DNA from: an uncultured Candidatus Saccharibacteria bacterium
GTDB lineage: Bacteria > Patescibacteriota > Minisyncoccia > UBA9983
Direction: 5' to 3'
DNA length: 64,000 nucleotides
Assembly (NCBI GenBank): GCA_964438405.1
Contig: CAYTKF010000001.1
Span: forward strand, 18,860-82,859
The translations under genes and the position numbers were made by a program. Shown here in pieces: positions 48,177 to 56,950 of the stretch (positions within the stretch are counted from its first letter, which is position 1; every line of letters starts with the position of its first letter). A model generated the notes under the pieces. The model was not told where the DNA came from. It saw only the letters and a program-made list of their open reading frames with translations, and searched no databases.

Positions 48177-48734
48177 ATGGCTATAAAAATAAAAAGCGAA
48201 ACGAAACAAAAAATTCTACTTTTGCTTTTGGCGGGTTTGGCGTTAGGAATGTCAAAAACACCCAAAAGATATTTTAAGGTACTGAAAACTATTCCCAAAG
48301 AATGGAAAGATATAAAAAGAAGACAATTATTGGATGCTGTCCGCGAATTTTATAACAATAGAATCGTTGATTATAAAGAACTAAATGATGGCACAGTAGA
48401 AGTTGTCTTAACAAAAGAGGGAAGAAAGAGAGCGTTAATTTTTAAAATTGACGAAATGGAAATTAAAAAACCAGATAAGTGGGATGGCAAATGGAGAATA
48501 GTTATTTTTGATATTCCGGAAAAGAAGAGGGCAGCCAGATTTGCATTAAGAAACAAACTTAAAGATCTTGGTTTTAAAGAATTACAGAAAAGCGTTTTTG
48601 TTCATCCTTACGAATGCGAGGATGAAATTGATTTTATTGTAGAAGTATTTGAAATTAGACCCTATGTAAAATTCTTAAGAACAGATTCTTTTACAAATGA
48701 TGAACAATTTAAATTAAAATTTAAGATTTATTAA
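48177..48734 (+). CDS. PaaX-like protein (putative wHTH + Cas2-like domain), copy 2
   Basis: VLTKEG wing; WDGKWRIVIFDIPEKKR.AR.ALR.KLK.LGF.ELQKSVFVHPY. Confidence 0.88.
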   Translation: MAIKIKSETKQKILLLLLAGLALGMSKTPKRYFKVLKTIPKEWKDIKRRQLLDAVREFYNNRIVDYKELNDGTVEVVLTKEGRKRALIFKIDEMEIKKPDKWDGKWRIVIFDIPEKKRAARFALRNKLKDLGFKELQKSVFVHPYECEDEIDFIVEVFEIRPYVKFLRTDSFTNDEQFKLKFKIY

Positions 48735-48760
48735 AAAAATATTAAAAACATATTTAATAA

Positions 48761-48802
48761 AATTTACGTGTTTGTGGCCGATCGGTCACAGGTGCGTTAA
48801 TT
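48761..48802. repeat. Imperfect palindrome, copy B2 (downstream flank of PaaX-like gene 2)
   Basis: AATTTACGTGTTTGTGGC-CGATCG-GTCACAGGTGCGTTAATT (18+6+18). Confidence 0.88.
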
Positions 48803-48874
48803 TTAAAAATTAAATTAGAACTTAAAAAGTTGATAAGTTTTGTTTAAAGTCTTTAAATAATATATAATATCAAT

Positions 48875-50002
48875 ATGAAAATTTTGTTAGCAGGTGGGGG
48901 AACGGGCGGACATTTTTTTCCGTTGATGGCTGTGGCTGATGCGCTTAATGCTATTGCCGAACAGGAAAAAATCGCCAAAGTGGAAATTGTTTTTGCCTCT
49001 GACTCGCCCTATGACGAAAACCTGCTTTTGCAAAAGGGCATAAGATTTAAAAAAATTCCCGCGGGAAAAATCAGAAGGTATTTTTCTCTTTTAAATATTA
49101 TTGATGTTTTTAAAACAGGTATCGGATTATTAAAGGCCCTCTGGAGCATTTATCTTGATTTTCCTGATGTCATTTTCAGCAAGGGTGGTTATGCCAGCTT
49201 TCCTGTTGTTTTTGTAGCTAGAATTTTGGGCATACCATTGATTATCCATGAATCAGACACTGTGCCCGGCAGAGTAAACCGCTGGTCAGCCAAATTCGCC
49301 AAGAGAATCGCCATATCTTTTCCTCAGACAATAAAATATTTTCCAAAAGAAAAAACAGCCCTCACAGGCAATCCGGTAAGGAAAGAACTGCTTGTGCCGG
49401 CAAAAATCGGTGCAAAAGAATTTTTTAAACTTGAGGAAGCCACGCCTGTCATTATGATTTTCGGCGGTTCCCAGGGCTCGCAGAGAATAAACGATAATTT
49501 TTTGGATATAATCAGCGAGCTGGTAAAAAAATACCAAATCATTCATCAGGCGGGCAAAAAAAATTTTGACTATGTCAAAGGCAGGGCTGATGTTATTCTG
49601 GAAAATTCAGAATTCAAATCGCGGTATCAAGTTTTTGGGTTTTTAGATTTATCCATGATGAGAATGGCCTACGGCGCAAGCGACATTGTAGTGGCAAGAG
49701 CTGGTTCTGCCTCTATTTTTGAAATTGCCGCATCAGGCCTACCGTCTATTTTGATTCCCTTGGCAAATTCAGCCCAGAATCATCAGAAAGAAAACGCATT
49801 TAGCTATGCCTCGCTTGGCGCTGCTGATGTTATAGAAGAATCAAATCTTTCGCCCAGCGTATTGCGGGTTGAAATAGAAAGAATTTTGGGAGATAAAGAA
49901 AAAATGAAAAAAATGTCCGGGGTCGCTAAAAAATTTGTAAAACCAGACGCAGCAGAAAAACTGGCGCGGGAAATCATCGGCCTTGCCCTAGAGCACGCGT
50001 AA
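48875..50002 (+). CDS. murG: Lipid II GlcNAc transferase MurG
   Basis: GGGTGGH, KGGYAS, HESD, GNPVR, GGSQG, RAGS, P.ILIP, HQ..NA. Confidence 0.96.
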   Translation: MKILLAGGGTGGHFFPLMAVADALNAIAEQEKIAKVEIVFASDSPYDENLLLQKGIRFKKIPAGKIRRYFSLLNIIDVFKTGIGLLKALWSIYLDFPDVIFSKGGYASFPVVFVARILGIPLIIHESDTVPGRVNRWSAKFAKRIAISFPQTIKYFPKEKTALTGNPVRKELLVPAKIGAKEFFKLEEATPVIMIFGGSQGSQRINDNFLDIISELVKKYQIIHQAGKKNFDYVKGRADVILENSEFKSRYQVFGFLDLSMMRMAYGASDIVVARAGSASIFEIAASGLPSILIPLANSAQNHQKENAFSYASLGAADVIEESNLSPSVLRVEIERILGDKEKMKKMSGVAKKFVKPDAAEKLAREIIGLALEHA

Positions 50003-51368
50003 TATCAAATCCTTTTTCTGTATCTTCTATTTCAAAACCAAGATTTTTGATTTTTTGGCGCAATTTGTCGGCTTCCTGCCAATTGCCTGATTTACGCAAT
50101 GCCATACGTTTTTCCGCGAGCTCTATAACTTCTTGCGGAATTTTTTCTGGCTGCTCCGCAATATTTTCAGCAATTTTTAAACCTAAAACTTTGTCAAAAT
50201 CTAATAGAGTCGCCATCTTTAAGTCATCAGATAAGTCTGATTTTAATAATTCCTGAACTACTGCCAAGGCCTGTGGGGTGTTAAAATCGTCGGAAATAAC
50301 ATCAATGAATTTATTTTTGTATTCTTCGCTTACCTCTCCGACACTATTTTTTAATTCTCGTATTTCACTATATAAATTTTTTAATCCGTTTTCTGCCGCC
50401 TTCAATGCCTGCCATGTAAAATTTTGTTTTGAGCGGTAATGCGCCTGCAGGAAAAAATAGCGCAGGGCGAGCGGGTCAAATCCTTTTTCTTTAACTTCTG
50501 CCAGACTGAAACCAGTGCCTTCGGATTTGGCCATCTTTTTACCATCAACCAAAAGATGTTCGTTGTGCACCCAGTAATTTGCAAGGGGTACCCCGTCATT
50601 TACTGCCTCGCTTTGGGCAATCTCGTTTGTGTGGTGAATGGGAATATGCTCAATTCCGCCCATGTGAATATCAATTGTTTTTCCTAAAAATCTTTTTATC
50701 ATTGCCGAACATTCAATGTGCCAGCCAGGAAATCCTTCACCCCATTCTGAAGGCCATATTTGCAAAGCATTGGCGTGTTTGCCTTTTTTAAAAAACCAGA
50801 GAGCGAAATCAGCGGGATACTTTTTATTTTTGTCGTTTGGTTCTGTTTTTTGTTCTTCCAAAATTTGGCCGGACAAACGATTATAATTTTTGGCTTTTAA
50901 TACATCAAAATAAATTGCCAAATCTGTCTGATATGCAAAACCTTTATCAAACAAAATTTTTATCATCTCTAAAATTTCGTTAATATTTTCCGTTGCTCGG
51001 GACTTGATATTTGGTTCAAGATTATTGAGTTCAGCAGTATCTTGTTCAAAAATTTTTATATACTTATCGGCAATTTCTTTGGGAGAAATTTTTTCTTTCG
51101 TAGCGCTCACATCCATTTTATCCTCGCCTTCGTCAGAATCACTGGTCAAATGCCCGACATCAGTATAATTGCGAAGAAAATTTACATCATAACCAATATA
51201 TCTTAAAAAACGGTTAATTATATCAGCCATTGTCATTGCACGCAGATTACCAATATGCTGTGTCCAGTAAACCGTGGGCCCGCACTGGTAAAATTTCACC
51301 TTATTATTTTCAAGTGTCTTAAAAATTTCTTTTTTGCCAGAAAGCGTATTGTAAATTTTTATATCCAT
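49974..51368 (-). CDS. cysS: Cysteinyl-tRNA synthetase
   Basis: CGPTVY, HIGN, DFALW, PGWHIECS, HHTNE.AQ, KMAKS, DDFNTP; start at MDIKIYN. Confidence 0.96.
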   Translation of the reverse strand: MDIKIYNTLSGKKEIFKTLENNKVKFYQCGPTVYWTQHIGNLRAMTMADIINRFLRYIGYDVNFLRNYTDVGHLTSDSDEGEDKMDVSATKEKISPKEIADKYIKIFEQDTAELNNLEPNIKSRATENINEILEMIKILFDKGFAYQTDLAIYFDVLKAKNYNRLSGQILEEQKTEPNDKNKKYPADFALWFFKKGKHANALQIWPSEWGEGFPGWHIECSAMIKRFLGKTIDIHMGGIEHIPIHHTNEIAQSEAVNDGVPLANYWVHNEHLLVDGKKMAKSEGTGFSLAEVKEKGFDPLALRYFFLQAHYRSKQNFTWQALKAAENGLKNLYSEIRELKNSVGEVSEEYKNKFIDVISDDFNTPQALAVVQELLKSDLSDDLKMATLLDFDKVLGLKIAENIAEQPEKIPQEVIELAEKRMALRKSGNWQEADKLRQKIKNLGFEIEDTEKGFDITRALGQGR

Positions 51369-52276
51369 TTTCTGCGTTTGAAGAAAAATAAGAGAGATGA
51401 TGCTGAGACAAACATTATGCCGGTAATTATCCAAAAATCGCCTTTCATGCCGACAATGGGCGTTGATATAAGATTGCTCATTCCAAAAAGCGCGGCAAAA
51501 AGCATGAGCGGAAAGGTGATGAAAGAAACAATGGTCAGAGTTCTCATGATGTCATTAACCTTATCTGTCAAAAGAGAATCGTTTGTATTGTGCAAAGATT
51601 CAATAGTGGCAACACAATTTTCCATCAGCGTCTTGACCCGGTCAAGATTGCCAAGAATAACGTTGGCATAATGAACAAAATCTTTGTTGAAAAATTTTTC
51701 TCCGATAATTTTAAAAGAATTCAAAATAGATTCATGGCTGTGGATGGCGCGCTGGAAATCAAGCGTATCCCTGCGCAGATAAGAAATATATGCGACCATC
51801 TCTTTTTCGTGGCCTTTAAAAATATTTTCCTCTATGTCGTTTATTTTGAGCTGAATATGGTCCAGCTGCCTTAGGGCAAATTCATAAAGCTGTTTAATTA
51901 TAAAAGTGCTCAAAACTCCGCTGTTTTTTACAAGTTGTTCTTCGCCCAAAATAGACCCAACCTCAAAAAGTTTTGTTATTTCATGAAAAAGAGAAATCTC
52001 TTTGTAATGGGCGGCGATAAGAAAATTTTTGCCCATTACAAAATCAACCTCATAACTTATTGATGTTTTTTTGTTGTTGTCAAAAATGGGGAAGTGAAGA
52101 ATAAGATATATAAAATTTTTATAAGCATCCACCCTCGGCCTTATTGTGGGTTTAAGAAGTTCTTCTGCCACAGCTGGATGAATATAATATTTTTGCATCA
52201 AAGACTTGACCTCATCTGCTGTCGGGTCTTCCAGATCTACCCAGGTTAAATTTTTATGCTTGTAAGTGGAAAGCAT
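51359..52276 (-). CDS. CorA-family divalent cation transporter
   Basis: WVDLEDPT, IHP...E, RPRVD, NDIMRTLT, LFGMSN (variant GMN), two C-terminal TMs. Confidence 0.88.
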   Translation of the reverse strand: MLSTYKHKNLTWVDLEDPTADEVKSLMQKYYIHPAVAEELLKPTIRPRVDAYKNFIYLILHFPIFDNNKKTSISYEVDFVMGKNFLIAAHYKEISLFHEITKLFEVGSILGEEQLVKNSGVLSTFIIKQLYEFALRQLDHIQLKINDIEENIFKGHEKEMVAYISYLRRDTLDFQRAIHSHESILNSFKIIGEKFFNKDFVHYANVILGNLDRVKTLMENCVATIESLHNTNDSLLTDKVNDIMRTLTIVSFITFPLMLFAALFGMSNLISTPIVGMKGDFWIITGIMFVSASSLLFFFKRRKWI

Positions 52277-52320
52277 GTCTTTATTTTGATTATATCTTTT
52301 TCTTGTGTATAATGGAAGCT

Positions 52321-53538
52321 ATGGAAAAAAGAAAAAGAATAATTTCCCTGCTTGCCGCAATTATTCTGCTTGCGGCTGTTTTTTCTGGTGGCGCTCTTTT
52401 TGGTTATGCCAACCGGCCGGCCATGGAAAGGGTTGTTGGCATTTTAAATAAACAAAGCCCGGCCTCTGGCCCAGAAAATATTGATTTTTCTCCGTTTTGG
52501 GGCGCATGGAACACAGTAGAATCAAAATATGTTTCCGCTTCCAGCACTGACAGGCAAAAAATGGTCTGGGGTGCCATACAAGGGATGGTGGGTTCTTTGG
52601 GAGACCCATATTCAACTTTCTTCCCTCCGCAGGAAAATAAGGCATTTAACGATGAACTTAAGGGAAACTTTGCTGGAGTGGGAATGGAGATAAGCGTCAA
52701 AAACGGCATTTTGATTGTTGTATCGCCCTTGAAAAACACACCAGCGGAAAGAGCGGGAATAAAATCCGGCGACTCCATTTTAAAAATCAATGATAAAACA
52801 ACAGAAGGCATGATGGCAGACCAGGCAGCCTCGCTTATAAGAGGCGATGTCGGCACAACTGTCAAGCTCAATATACTTCATAAAAACAGCAGTAAACCGG
52901 TTGATTTAACAATAACAAGAGACATTATCAAAATTCCAATAATTGACACTGAAACAAAATCAGACGGCATTTTTGTCATCAAACTTTACAGCTTTTCCGA
53001 AAATTCAGCCAATGAATTTAGAAGTGCCCTGCGCCAGTTTATAGAATCCGGCAACACCAAATTAGTTCTCGATCTACGTAATAATCCGGGCGGATATCTG
53101 GAAGCAGCTGTTGATATGGCCAGCTGGTTTTTACCAATCGGCGATGTAGTTGCCAGAGAAAAATTTTCTACTGGAGACGAAACAATTTTCAGAAGCAAGG
53201 GCTATGACATGTTTAAAAATTTGCCGTTTGTGATTTTAGTAAATGAAGGAAGCGCCTCTGCCTCAGAAATTTTGTCAGGCGCCTTAAGAGAACACGGCAA
53301 GGCAAAACTTGTTGGCGCAAAAACTTTCGGCAAGGGCTCGGTACAAGAACTTTTTCCAATTACCTCGGACACGTCGTTAAAACTTACCATTGCCAAATGG
53401 CTGACACCCAATGGCATATCAATTTCAGACCAAGGCCTTGAGCCGGATTACAAAGTGGAAATTACCGATAAAGACGCCACCGCAAACAAAGACCCCCAAA
53501 TGGACAAAGCAATAGAAATTCTCAATAATTGGAAATAA
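52321..53538 (+). CDS. S41 C-terminal processing protease (CtpA-like) with PDZ
   Basis: LGDPYS, PAERAG, LDLRNNPGG, SASASE, TFGKGSVQ, WLTPNG; start chosen 7 nt after TATAAT. Confidence 0.93.
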   Translation: MEKRKRIISLLAAIILLAAVFSGGALFGYANRPAMERVVGILNKQSPASGPENIDFSPFWGAWNTVESKYVSASSTDRQKMVWGAIQGMVGSLGDPYSTFFPPQENKAFNDELKGNFAGVGMEISVKNGILIVVSPLKNTPAERAGIKSGDSILKINDKTTEGMMADQAASLIRGDVGTTVKLNILHKNSSKPVDLTITRDIIKIPIIDTETKSDGIFVIKLYSFSENSANEFRSALRQFIESGNTKLVLDLRNNPGGYLEAAVDMASWFLPIGDVVAREKFSTGDETIFRSKGYDMFKNLPFVILVNEGSASASEILSGALREHGKAKLVGAKTFGKGSVQELFPITSDTSLKLTIAKWLTPNGISISDQGLEPDYKVEITDKDATANKDPQMDKAIEILNNWK

Positions 53539-53690
53539 AAACCAAGTAAAAATTCTTTATTTTAAGCCGTATTTTGGCAAACACAAATTGTGCTTGACTT
53601 TTTAATTTGGTTGATATATGATATAAGTGGAATTAAGATCTTTAAATCGGCCCCTCGCGAGCCATAAATCGCAGGAGAAAAGGTAAGGTT

Positions 53691-54062
53691 ATGAATCAAC
53701 CAAGGAACCAAAACCCGGTGGTCCTTGTTGTTTTAGGGATCACTTTCATGATTCTTTTCGTGGCTGTCGGCTTGTATGGCAACTCCGGAGACAACGAATT
53801 TGTGGCCGGGACTCTTGCCCTGGCCTGTATCGCGGAGTTTTACACCGGCCTGTTGTACGCGATCGGTGCCACATTTCGCAGTGCTGCTCTGACTGGAATC
53901 GCTTTTGCTGGAGTATTACTGGTGGGTGGGGTAATGTTCGCCACCACCACTTTCTTCCTGACCAAAATCGTGGCAGTTTTATTTCCAATTGCCACCCACT
54001 TTTTCTTCATCCGCCGGCAACTCGGCCACGACAACGATTCGCCGGGAGCTGAAACAAAGTAA
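53691..54062 (+). CDS. Hypothetical 4-TM membrane protein
   Basis: Hydrophobic ORF with AGGAG/AAGG SD-like sequence; terminator-like hairpin about 54098-54127; visibly more GC-rich. Confidence 0.65.
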   Translation: MNQPRNQNPVVLVVLGITFMILFVAVGLYGNSGDNEFVAGTLALACIAEFYTGLLYAIGATFRSAALTGIAFAGVLLVGGVMFATTTFFLTKIVAVLFPIATHFFFIRRQLGHDNDSPGAETK

Positions 54063-54192
54063 GCAGTTCTTTTTCTATCTGGTTCAACCAGATGGAGCCA
54101 CTCGAGAAATCGGGTGGTGTTTTTTTGTTTGTTTTTAAGGCAAACCCTTACGGAGCCTTTTTGTTTTTTAAAAAACATGCTATAAATTTAAT

Positions 54193-54525
54193 ATGATTAT
54201 CAAAGAGAAAATTTCGAAGGAAGAATTTGATAAGCTTTTTAATGCTTTTTACGGCACGGTTTTAAAGATGACGGTTGATATAGAAAAAAATATTTTGTCA
54301 GCCGGATGCGAATTTCATATTGAATGTTCCGAAGAACTTGTGGAAAAAGAAAGTTCTGAACAAAAAAATCTCTGGGGCGCAAATCTCTATAGAAAAGATA
54401 TGTCAATTGATTATAATTCTCTTATTAACATCAAGCCGATGGAAAATAACAGGTCAATGGAAATTCAGGATTCAGCAATAAAACAAAGGGTTGAAAAAAT
54501 AATTAAAGATTTATTATGCAATTAG
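54193..54525 (+). CDS. DUF5674-like protein
   Basis: K..VDIEK.ILS.G.E.H..C...L.....S.Q.NLWGAN......I.YNSLINIKP...NRSMEIQD pattern. Confidence 0.75.
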   Translation: MIIKEKISKEEFDKLFNAFYGTVLKMTVDIEKNILSAGCEFHIECSEELVEKESSEQKNLWGANLYRKDMSIDYNSLINIKPMENNRSMEIQDSAIKQRVEKIIKDLLCN

Positions 54526-54785
54526 AACGCTGGAAAAAATTTTCAAAAGGACAGCAGATGGGAGCAATTGCCGCTGAGATTGCCCGCGCCAAAACTTGGC
54601 AGAATCAAGACCAAGAAAAATTTTTATCTGCCATCGAAAGGGGACTGGAACTTATTGATTCCTCTATAGATGATGATAAATGGCGCGGCTGGCGTTCAAT
54701 GCTTTTTGGTTTAAGAAATGAACTGGCTAATTTTTATTTAAATAATTCTTATAAAGATATTAATATTTTGTACACAGCCATTTGA
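54516..54785 (+). CDS. Small helical hypothetical protein coupled to DUF5674-like gene
   Basis: RW..FS...QMG.I..EI.RA...AIERGLEL.D; overlaps upstream stop. Confidence 0.7.
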   Translation: MQLERWKKFSKGQQMGAIAAEIARAKTWQNQDQEKFLSAIERGLELIDSSIDDDKWRGWRSMLFGLRNELANFYLNNSYKDINILYTAI

Positions 54786-54828
54786 CAACTTTTATCTCTT
54801 TTGCTATCATCTAAATACAACAAAATAA

Positions 54829-55044
54829 ATGGCAGATAGGTCTGAAAAAACAGCTATAGGGACTGTGATCGAGGCGCTGCCGAACGCCTCTTTCCGCGTG
54901 CGTCTGGATGACGGTGCGGAAATTTTTTCTTACCTGGCCGGCAAAATGCGCATGTATAAAATTAGAGTTCTTGTCGGCGATAAAGTGAAAATAGAAATGG
55001 ATCCATACGGCGGAACAAAAGGAAGAATAATTCAACGTTTATAA
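54829..55044 (+). CDS. infA: Translation initiation factor IF-1
   Basis: [33 protein letters not shown]. Confidence 0.97.
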   Translation: MADRSEKTAIGTVIEALPNASFRVRLDDGAEIFSYLAGKMRMYKIRVLVGDKVKIEMDPYGGTKGRIIQRL

Positions 55045-55048
55045 TAAA

Positions 55049-55165
55049 ATGAAGGTTAAGGCGTCAATTAAAAAAATTTGCAGGGATTGCAAGATGGTCA
55101 AACGCAGGGGCTGTATTTATGTCATCTGCAAAAAAAATCCCAAGCATAAACAAAGACAGGGATAA
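55049..55165 (+). CDS. rpmJ: 50S ribosomal protein L36 (absent from ORF track)
   Basis: Manual translation [38 protein letters not shown]. Confidence 0.97.
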   Translation: MKVKASIKKICRDCKMVKRRGCIYVICKKNPKHKQRQG

Positions 55166-55373
55166 TAATGGCTTGGCCCACGATTTGGAGCCAAAGGCGA
55201 ACAAATTGTGGTTGCCAAACATTACCCCGCCCTCTCTTCTGTTATTTTTATCAAAGAGGACGGAATAAAAATTATGAAATATTTTGAAAAATTAAAAGTA
55301 AAAAATAAAAATGAGAGGGGCGGGGTGCTCAATTTTATAATTGCTCACTTCGCTCGCAAATAAAATTGGCATG
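55165..55373. repeat. 209 bp structured intergenic element, copy 1 (rpmJ-rpsM)
   Basis: Identical by eye to 55748-55956; contains three inverted-repeat pairs. Confidence 0.93.
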
Positions 55374-55751
55374 CGTATCGCTGGAACAAACATACCGGAT
55401 AATAAAAGACTGGAGATTGCATTAACCTATGTTTTTGGCATTGGCAGAACGCGGGCAAAAGAAATTTTAAAAGGCGCGCAAATTTCCATAGACAAAAAAG
55501 CAAAAGATTTATCTGAAAAAGAATCTAATTCTATCAGGGAATTTGTGGAAAAATATAAAATAGAAGAAGAATTGCGCAGAGAAATTTCCTCTAATATCAA
55601 AAGGTTAAAAGAAATTAAGGCCTACCGCGGTATGCGCCATTCAAGAAAACTGCCTGTGCGCGGACAAAGAACCAAAACTAATTCCCGCACAAACAGAGGC
55701 AATGTCAGAGTAACCATGGGCAGTGGAAGAAGGAAATTGGAAAAGACATAA
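55371..55751 (+). CDS. rpsM: 30S ribosomal protein S13
   Basis: MRIAG.NIP.NKR..IALTY.FGIG, YRG.RH...LPVRGQRTKTN.RT. Confidence 0.97.
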   Translation: MRIAGTNIPDNKRLEIALTYVFGIGRTRAKEILKGAQISIDKKAKDLSEKESNSIREFVEKYKIEEELRREISSNIKRLKEIKAYRGMRHSRKLPVRGQRTKTNSRTNRGNVRVTMGSGRRKLEKT

Positions 55752-55956
55752 TGGCTTGGCCCACGATTTGGAGCCAAAGGCGAACAAATTGTGGTTGCCA
55801 AACATTACCCCGCCCTCTCTTCTGTTATTTTTATCAAAGAGGACGGAATAAAAATTATGAAATATTTTGAAAAATTAAAAGTAAAAAATAAAAATGAGAG
55901 GGGCGGGGTGCTCAATTTTATAATTGCTCACTTCGCTCGCAAATAAAATTGGCATG
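55748..55956. repeat. 209 bp structured intergenic element, copy 2 (rpsM-rpsK)
   Basis: Identical by eye to 55165-55373. Confidence 0.93.
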
Positions 55957-56388
55957 GGTAAAAAACGAATTATAACAAAAGAGGGAGCGGTCGTTGACCA
56001 GGAGCTTAAGGCCCGGTCGCTCAGCAAGATGCCGAAGAAAAAAATCACCAGCGCTGTTTTAAATGTGCAGTCAACTTTTAATAATACTCTCATCAGCCTC
56101 TCAGACAAAAAAGGCAATACCATAATGTGGTCATCAAGCGGAGCACTGGGATTCAAGGGCGCGAAAAAAGGCACCCCTTTTGCCGCATCAAAAGTTGCTG
56201 AACTTCTGGCTGACAAAGCAAAGACAATGGGAATTAAAGATATTGATGTTGTTATTAAGGGCGTTGGGGCTGGCAGAGAGTCGGCTGTCAGAACCTTCAG
56301 TAGCCGGGGTTTTGAAATAAATCTTATCCGCGACGAAACCCCGATTCCGCATAACGGCCCCAAACCGCCCAAACCACGCAGGGTATAA
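55954..56388 (+). CDS. rpsK: 30S ribosomal protein S11
   Basis: STFNNT, WSSSG..GFKG.KK.TPFAA, KG.G.GRESA, D.TPIPHNG..P. Confidence 0.97.
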   Translation: MGKKRIITKEGAVVDQELKARSLSKMPKKKITSAVLNVQSTFNNTLISLSDKKGNTIMWSSSGALGFKGAKKGTPFAASKVAELLADKAKTMGIKDIDVVIKGVGAGRESAVRTFSSRGFEINLIRDETPIPHNGPKPPKPRRV

Positions 56389-56394
56389 GATTTT

Positions 56395-56946
56395 ATGTTA
56401 GATAACAAATGTAAAAAATGCAGAAGAGCCGGGAAAAAACTCTTTCTCAAGGGAGAAAAGTGTTTTAGTCCCAAATGCCCTTTTACCAGAAAACCCTATC
56501 CTCCGGGCATTCTTGGAAAAAAGAAAAGTAAGCACGGTGCAAGAGGACTTTCCGAATACGGAACACAGCTTAGAGAAAAACAAAGTTTAAAATTTTCATA
56601 CGGCGTTAGAGGCAGACAGTTTGAAAATTATCTAAAAGAGGGTAATGCCGTCAATCTTTTAGAATCACGATTAGACAATGTTGTTTTTAGGATGGGATTA
56701 AGCGATTCAAGGTCAGGAGCAAGACAAATCGTCTCTCATGGCCATATTTTAATTGATGGGAAAAGAGTCGACATACCGTCGTATCGTTTAAAAATAAATC
56801 AAAAAATTTTAATAAGGTCCCAGTCTTTAGGAAAAAAAATTTTTAGGGATTTGGACCTTAAATTAAAAAATTACAATCCGCCCGCATGGCTAAAATTGGA
56901 TAAAGAAAAAAAGGAGGCGGAAATTATAGGCAAACCAACAGTATAA
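56395..56946 (+). CDS. rpsD: 30S ribosomal protein S4 (Zn-ribbon type)
   Basis: CKKCRR.G.KLFLKG.KC...KC, SEYG.QL.EKQ, LESRLDNVV, ARQ.V.HGH. Confidence 0.97.
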   Translation: MLDNKCKKCRRAGKKLFLKGEKCFSPKCPFTRKPYPPGILGKKKSKHGARGLSEYGTQLREKQSLKFSYGVRGRQFENYLKEGNAVNLLESRLDNVVFRMGLSDSRSGARQIVSHGHILIDGKRVDIPSYRLKINQKILIRSQSLGKKIFRDLDLKLKNYNPPAWLKLDKEKKEAEIIGKPTV

Positions 56947-56950
56947 TTTT

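Noticed and set aside
55341-55370. Shared N-terminal extension MLTSLANKIG on S13 and S11 in the ORF track
   Set aside because: Artefact of an in-frame TTG within the duplicated 209 bp element; conserved starts are ATG 55371 and 55954
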